Part shown: positions 37,835 to 47,465 of the stretch, in pieces
How positions within the stretch are numbered: the first letter of the stretch is position 1
How the letters are laid out: every line of letters begins with the position of its first letter
Origin: Candidatus Aminicenantes bacterium
GTDB lineage: Bacteria; Acidobacteriota; Aminicenantia; Aminicenantales; JAFGBC01
DNA: 64,000 nucleotides
Assembly: GCA_963702005.1 (NCBI GenBank)
Contig: OY969696.1
Location: 4,128,001 to 4,192,000, forward strand
Reading direction: 5' to 3'
The notes under the pieces: model-generated
What the model saw: only the letters and a program-made list of their open reading frames with translations
The model's database searches: none
What the model was told of the DNA's origin: nothing
Position numbers and translations under genes: made by a program

Positions 37835-39019
37835 CTATAACTCCCCCAAGTGACCGTAGGCCGCCCTCAAGCGGATGCGGTTCGCCTCGTCCCGCGGCGG
37901 GATTCCTCCGTTGAGAGGGTTGATGATATCGGCGATGCACACGGGCGTCAGCCGGCCCTTGCGGACGGTCGCGTCCGGACAGGCGTGGCAGAGGACATAC
38001 TCCCGGCCGCCGTCCCGAAACTCGGGGGGCGTTTGGATGACGGAGAACCAGAAGCCGATGTCCCGTCCCCTTCCCGAGCGCTTGAGAATCGAGACCGCTT
38101 CCCGGAGCGCCTTCGTCCGCCCGGCGGCTTCGGCGAAAACGGCAAGGATCGCGAGCGGAAACACCGCCGCTCGAGATAGAAAGGGCGCGTAGAGCCATCG
38201 TCCCCGAATGACCCGATGGAGGCGGGCCAAGAATCCGAACAGCCGCGGCGAAAGGATCAAGGACCGCCCCGTCCGGCGGTTGAAGAAGAAGAAATAGACA
38301 AGCCAGCGGACGTCCCCGTCGTCGAGGTTTGAAGGGATGTAGGCGGAGGGCGCCGCAGCCATCTCCAGCCGGAAGCTGTCATATTCGTGGGCCAGCCCCG
38401 GCCCCGTTTGTTCGGGCCGGGCGGGATCGCGGGCCAGGACCGCCAAGGCGCCGTCGAAATACCGATAGCCGGAATAAGCGCGAAGAAGGCTCGGAATCCG
38501 TCCCCGGCTTCCTTCATAGACCGTGAGGGACAGGCCGAACCGAACCCCCCGCCGCTCGAGCTTTTCGAAGACGGCCCGCCGCGCCGCTTCGAGGTCGGGG
38601 TGGACATGGGCCTGCCCCTCGTCGATGTGGACGAGGACGCGGTCGAGCCCGGACGCGGCCAAGCGGTCCAGAAGATCGTCGCCGCCGGTTTCGAGGAACC
38701 GGATCCCGTTCGTCAGGAGCTGGCAGCGGAGGCCGCGGGCTTTAATGTCCGCGACGATGCCGGGAAGCTCGGGGTGAAGGGTCGGCTCTCCCCCCAGGAG
38801 CGTGACGACGCCGGCCTTCCGTTTGGCCAGGGCGAGGCCGACTTCCTCCCGGATCTCGCTCCGCGATTTGACGAGGCTCCGCTCGGAGCTGTAGCAGGAC
38901 CGGCAGCGGATGTTACAGGTTTTGTTCGTCTCGATCGTGAAATGGGGCGTCTCCCGGAGCGGGTACTTGAGCATCCAAGGCCGGTCGGGGCCGGCGGGGC
39001 CGAAGTCCTCAATGCGCAT
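37835..39019 (-). CDS. Radical SAM protein
   Basis: CNIRCRSC, GGEPTLHP, LLTNG, C-terminal CHACPD...PVC. Start MRIEDF overlaps the upstream gene. Confidence 0.88.
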   Translation of the reverse strand: MRIEDFGPAGPDRPWMLKYPLRETPHFTIETNKTCNIRCRSCYSSERSLVKSRSEIREEVGLALAKRKAGVVTLLGGEPTLHPELPGIVADIKARGLRCQLLTNGIRFLETGGDDLLDRLAASGLDRVLVHIDEGQAHVHPDLEAARRAVFEKLERRGVRFGLSLTVYEGSRGRIPSLLRAYSGYRYFDGALAVLARDPARPEQTGPGLAHEYDSFRLEMAAAPSAYIPSNLDDGDVRWLVYFFFFNRRTGRSLILSPRLFGFLARLHRVIRGRWLYAPFLSRAAVFPLAILAVFAEAAGRTKALREAVSILKRSGRGRDIGFWFSVIQTPPEFRDGGREYVLCHACPDATVRKGRLTPVCIADIINPLNGGIPPRDEANRIRLRAAYGHLGEL

Positions 39020-40511
39020 CGCGGCCGGAGCCTTCTTTCTTTGACGATCTTTCCCGGGCCAGCCGGAGGGCGAAGCCGGGCTCATCCAGAATCCGGTCGA
39101 CGATGTCGCGCCGCGGCTCGCCCGCGCTCCGGGGGCGGATATCGTACCAGCCCGAGGCTTTCAGGATGAAGCTTCGCTCCAGGCCCGGTACGGCCGGCGG
39201 CGCCGGGAAGACGAGATCAACGCTATCGCCCCGGCCGGGCATGTCTTGGAAGACCCCGTCGGTCCGGACGAGCAGGCTCCGCACATCCGCCCCCTTCCCG
39301 TCAATGGCCGCGGCGGCCTGAATCTCGCGGACGGAAATCGGCGCGTCCTCCGAATAATCGACGGCCAGGCTGTCGAGCCTCCAGAATCCGGCCGGCGGCT
39401 TTAGGCGGAGCTTCAGCCTGTCTCCCGGGACATCGCTGACGTTGATGAGGTAAGCCTTCTCCTTGGCCACGTAAGGTCCCCCTCCGTAGATGACGGTCCG
39501 CGGGACCCAACCCGCGGGCGTTTCGACCTGGACCTTGAGAAGGTAGAGCTCTTCCCGGGCATACCAATTCATGAGCCTGGCATAGGCCGGTCCGCGGGCG
39601 TTGACGTTCCGGAAGAACGCCGGGAGGTCGCTCCCCAGATATTCGAGGAAGCTTTTTGCGACCTGAGACCCCCAGAGAGTCGTCCAGGCATCGGCGACGA
39701 GCTTTGCGGTCCGCGCCCCGTCCGGCTTGGGGAATTCGATCACGATTTCGTCCCGGAGACCGTCCGTCCCCGGCTTGCGGCCGGCGGCCGAGGACTCCCA
39801 GAACAGCCCGTCCCTTTTTAGGAGAGCCGCCCTGACATCTCGGTTGTTCCCGTCCACGGCCCTAAGGGGCAGGAGGGGCGCGCGGATCGTGTAGAGCCGC
39901 CCGAAAGAATCGGGCAGAACCCTGACTCCGGCCGGATGATCGATCGCCAGGATCTTGACTTCGTCCGTATGCTCGATTTCCTGGAGCTCGTTCGTCATCC
40001 GCAGCCGGTAGCTCCCCCGCAGGTCCCGGAGCCGTTCGAGCGGAATCCACTCCGTCCGTTCCAGGGCGCGGCAGATCGCCCCTCCGTAAGGCTCGGCCTC
40101 GAGGACGAAGCGCGTCCCATCGAACGTGAAAACAAAGGGACAGGATGTCAGCGGCGGAAAAGGCGAAGGAGCCGTCTTGGCGCTGATGGCCAGGCCCAGT
40201 TCGATGGCCGCGAGGCCTCCAAACAGGATCGCATAGGTTAGATCAGTCTTCCTTACCGTCACCGATTCGATCGTAGCGGCATCGATCGAGACGGCTTTGC
40301 TTTTATCCGACGTTCCCGTAATCCGGCCTTCGGCCAGACGGGGCCTATTGACGATGGTTTCGACGCCATCCTTGGTCCGGACGACGACCGAGGGGCTGCT
40401 CTCGATGGCCGGTTTTTCAGAGGGCGAAAAGCGGATCGTCGTGGTCGAGCAGGCGACGAAAAAGACGACGGCCAGGATCAGGGCCAAAACCTTTCTTGGA
40501 ATGGGACACAT
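39009..40511 (-). CDS. Hypothetical lipoprotein with SCPF-initiated beta-rich domain
   Basis: Lipobox FVAC, AGGAG RBS, internal TM-like helix, then SCPFVFTFDG. Confidence 0.75.
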   Translation of the reverse strand: MCPIPRKVLALILAVVFFVACSTTTIRFSPSEKPAIESSPSVVVRTKDGVETIVNRPRLAEGRITGTSDKSKAVSIDAATIESVTVRKTDLTYAILFGGLAAIELGLAISAKTAPSPFPPLTSCPFVFTFDGTRFVLEAEPYGGAICRALERTEWIPLERLRDLRGSYRLRMTNELQEIEHTDEVKILAIDHPAGVRVLPDSFGRLYTIRAPLLPLRAVDGNNRDVRAALLKRDGLFWESSAAGRKPGTDGLRDEIVIEFPKPDGARTAKLVADAWTTLWGSQVAKSFLEYLGSDLPAFFRNVNARGPAYARLMNWYAREELYLLKVQVETPAGWVPRTVIYGGGPYVAKEKAYLINVSDVPGDRLKLRLKPPAGFWRLDSLAVDYSEDAPISVREIQAAAAIDGKGADVRSLLVRTDGVFQDMPGRGDSVDLVFPAPPAVPGLERSFILKASGWYDIRPRSAGEPRRDIVDRILDEPGFALRLARERSSKKEGSGRDAH

Positions 40512-40522
40512 GGTCTCCTCCT

Positions 40523-41077
40523 TCAGATTCCCATCAAGCGCCGGAGGACGCCGAATTTTTTTTCGGGACTCATTTCCCTGAAATCGTAGCGGGAGGGAGG
40601 GGAAGCTGCGTCCTCGCTTAAGCCGATGAGAAAGCCGAGGGGAATCCCAATCACCAGCCCGGAGAGCGGAACTCCCAAAAGGGCAGCCTGGTACTCCGTG
40701 TTATATTCGGATGTGCACAGCGCAATCACTCCGGTCAAACAAGAGACTAATCCAAATCCCGTCCCGATGGCCCGTCCGGTATGGCTTTTTTGGCCGCACA
40801 ACCGAATGGAACGGATCTCCGTGACGGCGACGGTCTTCGTCTCAACGTTCCAGTAGGGCGAAGGAAGGAACGCGACCTTGTCCTTTTCGAGGCGCGCCAA
40901 CTTGCAGAGATACAGCTGTCCCCCGGTCGTCAGGAGCTCAACTTCGGGGAAGGCTTTGGCCTCCACGACGACCCCCTCCGGAGGGGCGATCCCGGGGGTG
41001 ACGCTCGTGGTCGCGCATCCGGCAAGAGCCAGGCTTAATACGGCCAAGACCGCCCCACTTCCCATTGTCGTTCTCAT
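40523..41077 (-). CDS. Hypothetical lipoprotein
   Basis: Lipobox LAGC, AGGAGG RBS, glycine-rich hydrophobic C-terminal helices. Confidence 0.75.
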   Translation of the reverse strand: MRTTMGSGAVLAVLSLALAGCATTSVTPGIAPPEGVVVEAKAFPEVELLTTGGQLYLCKLARLEKDKVAFLPSPYWNVETKTVAVTEIRSIRLCGQKSHTGRAIGTGFGLVSCLTGVIALCTSEYNTEYQAALLGVPLSGLVIGIPLGFLIGLSEDAASPPSRYDFREMSPEKKFGVLRRLMGI

Positions 41078-41348
41078 CGCTGACCTCCTTTATAAATGAA
41101 AGCCGAACGTTAAGCCGACCGAGCCGCTCGACAGCGAAAGCCGCCGGGCGGGAACGCCGACCGCGGCCATGGCCGGGATGGTGCTGGATCTCTAAAGCGC
41201 GAATGTCGGATCGAGCGAACTTTCGGGGAGAATTTTCGATACTCAGGAAGAGGGCGTCGCCCTCGACTCCCAGCCGAGGGCCGAGCGTCGTCTTGATCTT
41301 GTCCATGGCGTCCCTCTGCTTTCAATCTAGGCAAGGCGGGCTGACGGT

Positions 41349-41379
41349 TGTCAGAACGCCGTCAAGAATATGTCAAGAT
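41349..41379 (-). promoter_or_regulatory. Three 11-bp-periodic TTGACA-like direct repeats (OmpR/PhoB-type box)
   Basis: TGTCAG 41349, CGTCAA 41360 and TGTCAA 41371 on the plus strand. Confidence 0.6.
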
Positions 41380-41408
41380 TTCCTGAAGCTCGACTCCCCT
41401 TCCGCCCC

Positions 41409-42090
41409 TTATTTCTTGAATTTATAGCCGGACCAGGGGATGGTCAGGAGGTGGGCGGGACGGGCGGGATCGTCCTCGACCTTCCTCCTGAGGTTGTGGA
41501 TGAAGGTGTCGACGGTCCGTGTCGTCGGAAACTTTTTGTAGCCCCAGACCTCGTTCAGGATCCGCTCCCGGCCGACGACCTCGTCCTCATGACCGACGAG
41601 GAGGCGGAGGAGGGCGAACTCTTTAGCCGTGAGATGGACGGTCCGCCCACCCTTGGTCGCCGTCTGGGTCTTGAAGTCGAGCCGGACGTCGCCAAACGCA
41701 TATTCTTCGAGGCCGGATGAAACGGCCGTCCCCCGGCGCAAGACGGCCCGGATCCGGGCCAGCAGTTCCCGGGCCCCGAACGGTTTCTGGAGATAATCAT
41801 CGGCGCCCAGCTCGAGGCCGAGAACCTTATCGATCTCCTCCTCTCTGGCCGCTTATCATGACGAGCGGGGTCCAGTTTCCCTTGGCCCGCAGCTCCCGGC
41901 AGACGTCGAACCCGCCCTGGCCGGGCAGCGCGACGTCCAGGACGATGAGGTCGAACGGCCGCATGCCCACCAGGCGGAGGCCTTCGTCCCCGTCGTTGGC
42001 GAGCTCGATCTGGAGGCCCTCCGGTTCCAGCGCCGTTTTCAAGGTCTCGGCGAAGGTCCGGTCATCCTCGATGATCAGGATTTTTTTCAT
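41409..42090 (-). CDS. OmpR-family response regulator, frameshift near 41840
   Basis: MKKILIIEDD...VLDVALP receiver, then in another frame EEIDKVLGLELGADDYLQKPF and winged helix TRTVDTFIHNLRRKVE. Confidence 0.87.
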
Positions 42091-44471
42091 GGTTGCGCCT
42101 TCTTGAAAACCAAACTCAGGCGGCTCCCCCGTCCGGGCTCGCTCCACAGGCCGACCGAACCCCGGTGGCCGTCCATGATGTGCTTCACGATCTTGAGCCC
42201 CAGCCCGATGCCTCCGGGATTGGCCCGAACCGCCTCGGCCGTCCGCCGGAAGCCTTCGAAGACCCGGGCTTGGTCGGCGGCGGGAATCCCGATCCCGTTG
42301 TCCGCAACGGCTATCGTCGCCTCTTCGCCCCCGTCCTCCACGGAGACCTCGACCTCCTTCGGCCTCCGCCCGTACTTGACGGCGTTGTCCAGGAGGTTGA
42401 CGAGGGCCTGCATGACGGCGTCCGGGTCGACCTCGAGAAAGACCGGAGCGGCGGGCAAACGCGTCCGGAGCCGCCCCCCGTCCTGCTCGAGGGCCGGCCG
42501 GAAGAGCCCGACGGCGTCTTCGACGAGGGGGCGGACGTCCGTTTGGGCCATCGCGTAGGTTTTAACCTCGAGTTCGATCTTCCCATAATCGAGGACGTTG
42601 TGGACGAACCGGGACAGGCGGCCGCACTCGGAGGCCATCATCCGGAGCAGGCGATCCTTCTCGGCCTCTGCGCCGACCCGGCCCGAGCGGAGAATCTCGG
42701 ACAGGCAGAGGATCGAATTCATCGGCGTCCTCAGTTCGTGGGAAACGGAGGCAATGAACTCGGTCTTCATCCGGTTGAGCTCGACCAGCGACCGCCGGAA
42801 GGCCTTTTCATAGACGATTTCCTCCAGAAGGCCGATCCGGTCCAGGTTGAGCCCCATCTCCGAAGTCAGGGCGAGAAGGAGCTCGACATCGTCGTCGCCG
42901 TACTTTGCCCCGGACAGCTTGGGTCCGAAGGCCGCGAAGCCGGACTGGGACGCCGATAAGGCCGGAAAGGGAATGAGGAGACCGAATCCCGACTTCTCCA
43001 AGAGCGGCGAGCGGGACTCATCCAAGGCTTTCTCGACGGCCGCGCCGCCCGTGCGGACGTAGCTCCGGCCCGGCGTCCAGTTCTCGGCCTTGAGCCGGTC
43101 GAAGGCCGGGTCGTCCGGAACGGCCCCGAGGAGGTCCTCCTCTTCCTGGTCCGCCCGCCGCCCTCGTAAAAAGACGGCCGTCCGGCCGACCGGCATCGCG
43201 TCCTCGACCGCGGAGCGGAACAAACCGGTCAGGTTCTCGCGCCGGACCATCTTTTGGGCGGCCGCGCTGAACGCGTCCAAGCAAGCCCTGAGATCGTAGC
43301 TCCGCCGGAAAAAGGCCTTGTCCACCAGGCGCTGGATCTTCCTCCGGGCCGGATGGAAAGCCGCCGCGGCCAAGACGGCCGCCGCCAGCGAGACCCACCG
43401 CTCCCGGACCGGTCCCCAGCGAGAGAAAAGGCCGCGCAGGAGCTCGAGGGCGAAAAGATAGAAGGAAACGATGGCCACGGTCAATAGGGAATAAACCAGG
43501 CTTCGGTTGATGACCAGGTTAATGTCAAGGAGCTTGTACTTGAGAACGGACAGCGCGAAGGCGGCCGGGACGACGATGATGAGCAGCGTCGCCAGTTCTT
43601 CCGGAACCAGCGGGGCGCGGCCTAACGCCCGCGGGATCTGGTAGAGGATGACGAACGGCGTGAGCCCGACCGCGAGACCGTAGAAAATCCATTTGAGCTT
43701 GGCCCTGTCCTCGACCGCGCCGGCCCTCCGGAAGCTCCGGACGAACTGGACGAAGGCCGCCAAGAGAAAGACCACCAGATACCAGCGAAAGGCAGGGATC
43801 AAGCGCTGCTGGGCGCGGAAGGCCGCGATCGAAGGAGCCAGAACGGCCGAGATGAACAGCGCGTTCAGGCCGGCGGCGAACGCGAGCGCCGGCAGATAGA
43901 GTGTCGTCAGCCGCCGCACGGCGAACCGCGGGGCAAAGGTCAGCGCGAAGCGGAGGAGCAGGGCGGGCGCCAGAGCATAGAACAGATTGAAGACGAGGCC
44001 GGGGAGAAGGCTGGCCGGGCTCGTCCGGACGCAGTAGAAATCGCCGTTGATGATGAGCGCCGCGCCGAAAGCGAGGGCCATCCAGAAAAAAATCCGGGCC
44101 CGGCTATCGCCCCTCTTGAGGGCCAATACCAGGAAGCCGAGGAGGAAGATGGCCAGGCCGCTGACTAAAAAAAGCGAGGGATAGGGGATTTGAGAATAAT
44201 AAGGAACGAGCCGAACGACAACCGTCTCCTCGGCGCCTCCCCGGTTCAGGACCAGTTGCGACTCCCGGCCGATCGTGCGTCCGCTCAAGAGAAAGTCCAG
44301 GTCTCCGGCAGACCGGACCTCGATCCCGTCCATCCGGACGATATTCGAAACCGCGATATTGCGGGGCAGCCCGGGACGTCCCTTGAGAAGGATAAATCCG
44401 AAGACGCTGAGGGCGACGACGACGGCCCCCGCCGCGACGGAGAAGAAGAAAACGGCCTTGGGAGGTCGCAC
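42087..44471 (-). CDS. Membrane sensor histidine kinase
   Basis: Multiple TMs, SHELRTP, NLLDNAVKY, DNGIGI, GIGLGL. Confidence 0.92.
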   Translation of the reverse strand: MRPPKAVFFFSVAAGAVVVALSVFGFILLKGRPGLPRNIAVSNIVRMDGIEVRSAGDLDFLLSGRTIGRESQLVLNRGGAEETVVVRLVPYYSQIPYPSLFLVSGLAIFLLGFLVLALKRGDSRARIFFWMALAFGAALIINGDFYCVRTSPASLLPGLVFNLFYALAPALLLRFALTFAPRFAVRRLTTLYLPALAFAAGLNALFISAVLAPSIAAFRAQQRLIPAFRWYLVVFLLAAFVQFVRSFRRAGAVEDRAKLKWIFYGLAVGLTPFVILYQIPRALGRAPLVPEELATLLIIVVPAAFALSVLKYKLLDINLVINRSLVYSLLTVAIVSFYLFALELLRGLFSRWGPVRERWVSLAAAVLAAAAFHPARRKIQRLVDKAFFRRSYDLRACLDAFSAAAQKMVRRENLTGLFRSAVEDAMPVGRTAVFLRGRRADQEEEDLLGAVPDDPAFDRLKAENWTPGRSYVRTGGAAVEKALDESRSPLLEKSGFGLLIPFPALSASQSGFAAFGPKLSGAKYGDDDVELLLALTSEMGLNLDRIGLLEEIVYEKAFRRSLVELNRMKTEFIASVSHELRTPMNSILCLSEILRSGRVGAEAEKDRLLRMMASECGRLSRFVHNVLDYGKIELEVKTYAMAQTDVRPLVEDAVGLFRPALEQDGGRLRTRLPAAPVFLEVDPDAVMQALVNLLDNAVKYGRRPKEVEVSVEDGGEEATIAVADNGIGIPAADQARVFEGFRRTAEAVRANPGGIGLGLKIVKHIMDGHRGSVGLWSEPGRGSRLSLVFKKAQP

Positions 44472-44544
44472 GAGATGTAACCCCTGCCTTGTTTGGACTA
44501 TAACACTCCACCGGAAGGACTGTCAACCTCGCCCGCGGCTACTA

Positions 44545-44572
44545 TTAACAGATTCTTGACAGCTTCTTGACA
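44545..44572 (+). promoter_or_regulatory. Three 11-bp-periodic direct repeats upstream of the nucleotidase
   Basis: TTAACA 44545, TTGACA 44556, TTGACA 44567. Confidence 0.65.
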
Positions 44573-44640
44573 ACTCGGTCCTCCGCTTCGGTTAGATTGA
44601 GAAGCGGGACAACCCAAAATCTCAATTCAAGGAGGTCATC

Positions 44641-46248
44641 ATGAAAGGGAGATTGATCAGGGTCCTGGCGCTCGCCGTCTGTCTGGCCGGCGCCGCGGTC
44701 CTTGGCTACGCCCAGGGGGATTCGGCGACACTAACGATCCTCCACACGAACGACACCCATTCCAGCTTGGTGCCGTTCGGCCCCGACGGCCGCTACGGCG
44801 GGATCGCGCGGATGGCCGCGCTAATGAAGCGGCTCAGGGGAAGCGACCCGAACGTCCTGGCCTTGAACGCCGGGGATGTCTTCGTCGGATCGTTCGAGTT
44901 CAACAAGTACCTGGGCTATCCCGAGCTGAAGCTCATGGAGAACTTCTATGACGCCATGGGGTTGGGAAACCACGAATTCGACCTCGGCACCGATGTCCTG
45001 GCCGGCGTCCTCAGCGGTCAGCTGGCCGGCGACTCGCCGGTCGCACTCCCCGTTTTGTGCGCGAACATCAACCTCGCCGGCCAACCGTCGCTCAAACCCT
45101 TCATCAAGCCCCGCCTGATCAAGACCATCGGAAGCCTCAAGGTCGGGATCACGGCTGTCGTCACCACCGACGCCCAGAACTACTCACAGGACGTCTTCAA
45201 GCTCCTCAAGGATCCCTACCAAGCGGCCGGGCTTCAAGCCGGACGCCTGCGAGCCGAGGGTTGCCAGCTTGTCATTTGCGTTTCCCACCTGGGGAGGCTC
45301 GCCGACCTCATGGGGCTGTCCCAGGTTCCCGGGATTGATATCATCGTCGGCGGTCATTCTCACGACTTCATGAGGACGCCCTACGTCCTGAACGGCAAGA
45401 TCATCGTCCAGGCCGGGGAGATGGGCAAGGCCCTGGGAGTGCTCAAGGTCCGGGTGTCCGGGGGGAAAGTCAGCCTCGAATCCTACAAGCTCTATGCCGT
45501 GACCAGCGCCGTCAAGGCCGATCCGGTCGTCCAGGCGACCGTGGACGCCCTCAAAGCCGGCGTCGAACAGGATCCCCGTTTCGGCAAAGTCTACACCCGA
45601 GTTCTGGCGACGGCCCAGGTCGACCTTGAGGAGCGCTGGAAGGCCGGAGACCCCAAGCGGGACACCGCGCTGGGCAACTTGGTGTCCGACGCCATCCGGG
45701 CCGGCGTCCGGAAGGCCGGCCTTCACGCCGAGATCGGGCTCGAAGCCCTCGGCTACACGGCCTACCGGATTCACAAGGGGCCGGTCGTGGGGAACGATAT
45801 CCTGCGGGCGGTCCCTTATGGCTACGATCCGGCGTCGGGCCTCGGCTTCAAGATCAATTGCGTCATGCTCAGGGGCGACCAGCTCCTGGCCGGCCTGGAA
45901 TATTCCGTCTCGCTCGTCGAGTACACGGACGATCTATCCCTTCAGCCTTCAGGGTTGACCTATCGTTACGATTCGCGGAAGGCGGCTTCGCCCCGCCTGG
46001 GGGAGATCAACCGGCTCGATATATCCTCGGTCAGGATCAACGGACAACCCATCAATCCCCTGGGTTTGTATTGGGTGGCCATGAGCGAACAGCTCACCAA
46101 GTTCCTTCTCTCGCTGGGCATGACGCCCTACAAAACCGTGGACACCGGGCTCTTCGAGTATAATGTCGTCCGCGATTTCATGAAGGCCGAAAAGACGCTG
46201 AATTATGCCGCTGAGGGCCGGGTCATCGATGCCCGCTATCTGAGGTGA
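44641..46248 (+). CDS. Bifunctional metallophosphatase/5'-nucleotidase
   Basis: LHTNDTH, AGD, GNHEFD, SHLG and GGHSH motifs with a signal peptide. Confidence 0.9.
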   Translation: MKGRLIRVLALAVCLAGAAVLGYAQGDSATLTILHTNDTHSSLVPFGPDGRYGGIARMAALMKRLRGSDPNVLALNAGDVFVGSFEFNKYLGYPELKLMENFYDAMGLGNHEFDLGTDVLAGVLSGQLAGDSPVALPVLCANINLAGQPSLKPFIKPRLIKTIGSLKVGITAVVTTDAQNYSQDVFKLLKDPYQAAGLQAGRLRAEGCQLVICVSHLGRLADLMGLSQVPGIDIIVGGHSHDFMRTPYVLNGKIIVQAGEMGKALGVLKVRVSGGKVSLESYKLYAVTSAVKADPVVQATVDALKAGVEQDPRFGKVYTRVLATAQVDLEERWKAGDPKRDTALGNLVSDAIRAGVRKAGLHAEIGLEALGYTAYRIHKGPVVGNDILRAVPYGYDPASGLGFKINCVMLRGDQLLAGLEYSVSLVEYTDDLSLQPSGLTYRYDSRKAASPRLGEINRLDISSVRINGQPINPLGLYWVAMSEQLTKFLLSLGMTPYKTVDTGLFEYNVVRDFMKAEKTLNYAAEGRVIDARYLR

Positions 46249-46285
46249 TCCCTCGACGGGGAAAGTCATTGGCCGTATTTTGTTC

Positions 46286-46324
46286 AAAGGGGGCGGCCTC
46301 CGGGTGGGGGGCCGCCTTCTCTTT
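46286..46324 (+). terminator. Rho-independent terminator
   Basis: AAAGGGGGCGGCCTCC-GGGT-GGGGGCCGCCTTCTCTTT hairpin after the nucleotidase. Confidence 0.6.
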
Positions 46325-46451
46325 GGAGCGTGTTCGTCCGGCCTTGACATCCCCAAGATTTTATTGGACACCAGCCGCCGATTGCGCTAAAGACAATTAA
46401 GAGTATTCAAATCGGCAGGCTCCGCCCGCAGATTAAAGCAGGAGAGCTTTG

Positions 46452-47336
46452 ATGAGAAACCTGGCAATTGTCGCGCTCCTGATCATGCTGACCGCCGCGG
46501 CCTCCGCTCCGCTCGCGGCTCAAGACGAACTCGCGATCTGGAAGGAGTTCGTCCAACTCCTCAAGACCGACGCCTTAACCCTGGACCGCGTCCATCCCGC
46601 CGATCCGCGGACTCCGGAATCCCGATTGGCTTGGCTGGGGGATTTCGCGAAAGGGACGGATTGGAAAGAGTGGGAGGCGGCGCCCAAGGTTGTCCGTTCC
46701 GGAAACCTGGTCTCTTTCATCATCACCCTCGGACAGAGCCGCAACAGCCCGTGGGAATATATTTTCTGCTTTAGGGTCGAGGACGGCCGCTGGTCTTACC
46801 GCTTCACGGAGGGCATTTTTATCCGCCTGGATAAAGTCGGCAAACTTCCCGCCGAAGCCTCGGGCTTTCCCGACCTGCCCGAGGAGCGGAAAGACTGGAT
46901 GCGGCAGGAAATTTACTGGTCCGAACAAGTCCGGCTCTTTAATTTCTTGGCCCGTGAAAAGGGGAAGGATTTCGCTTTTCGTTGGGTCGCTGAGGGCATC
47001 GGAAACGGAGTCGGGTATCTTCTGGGAGCCGCCACCTGGGTTCCCTTCTACCCGCCTTCACGGTCATTCATTCTCTATTTGTGCTGGGAGCAGGCGAAGC
47101 TCCTGGGCAATAAGGTCACCCTGGAGAAGCTGGACGATCACGAAGCCGTCGTCCGTTTCGACGACCTCATTTATTTCGCGCTCTACATGCGGGCTTCTCA
47201 CCTGAAGCAGCAGATTTCGCTCGAGGACTATGTCAAGATCTTCGAAACGATCTGGCAGGACCGGGCCCGGGCCGCCGGCTGGATTCTTAAAATCGACGGA
47301 CAGGGACGGCGAATCTTCCTGCGCTTCAGCAGATAA
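46452..47336 (+). CDS. Hypothetical secreted protein
   Basis: GGAG RBS, signal peptide, host-like codon usage. Confidence 0.75.
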   Translation: MRNLAIVALLIMLTAAASAPLAAQDELAIWKEFVQLLKTDALTLDRVHPADPRTPESRLAWLGDFAKGTDWKEWEAAPKVVRSGNLVSFIITLGQSRNSPWEYIFCFRVEDGRWSYRFTEGIFIRLDKVGKLPAEASGFPDLPEERKDWMRQEIYWSEQVRLFNFLAREKGKDFAFRWVAEGIGNGVGYLLGAATWVPFYPPSRSFILYLCWEQAKLLGNKVTLEKLDDHEAVVRFDDLIYFALYMRASHLKQQISLEDYVKIFETIWQDRARAAGWILKIDGQGRRIFLRFSR

Positions 47337-47465
47337 TGATCCTTCGGCCATACTCCGCCTTCAGAAACATTTGGATTGTGGATGAGCGCGGCCTATTCCT
47401 GGGCCTTTCCTTGACAACGGTCATCGGTAGAATGGCGCTGGTGGAGAACGGAACGGTGCGGGGCT

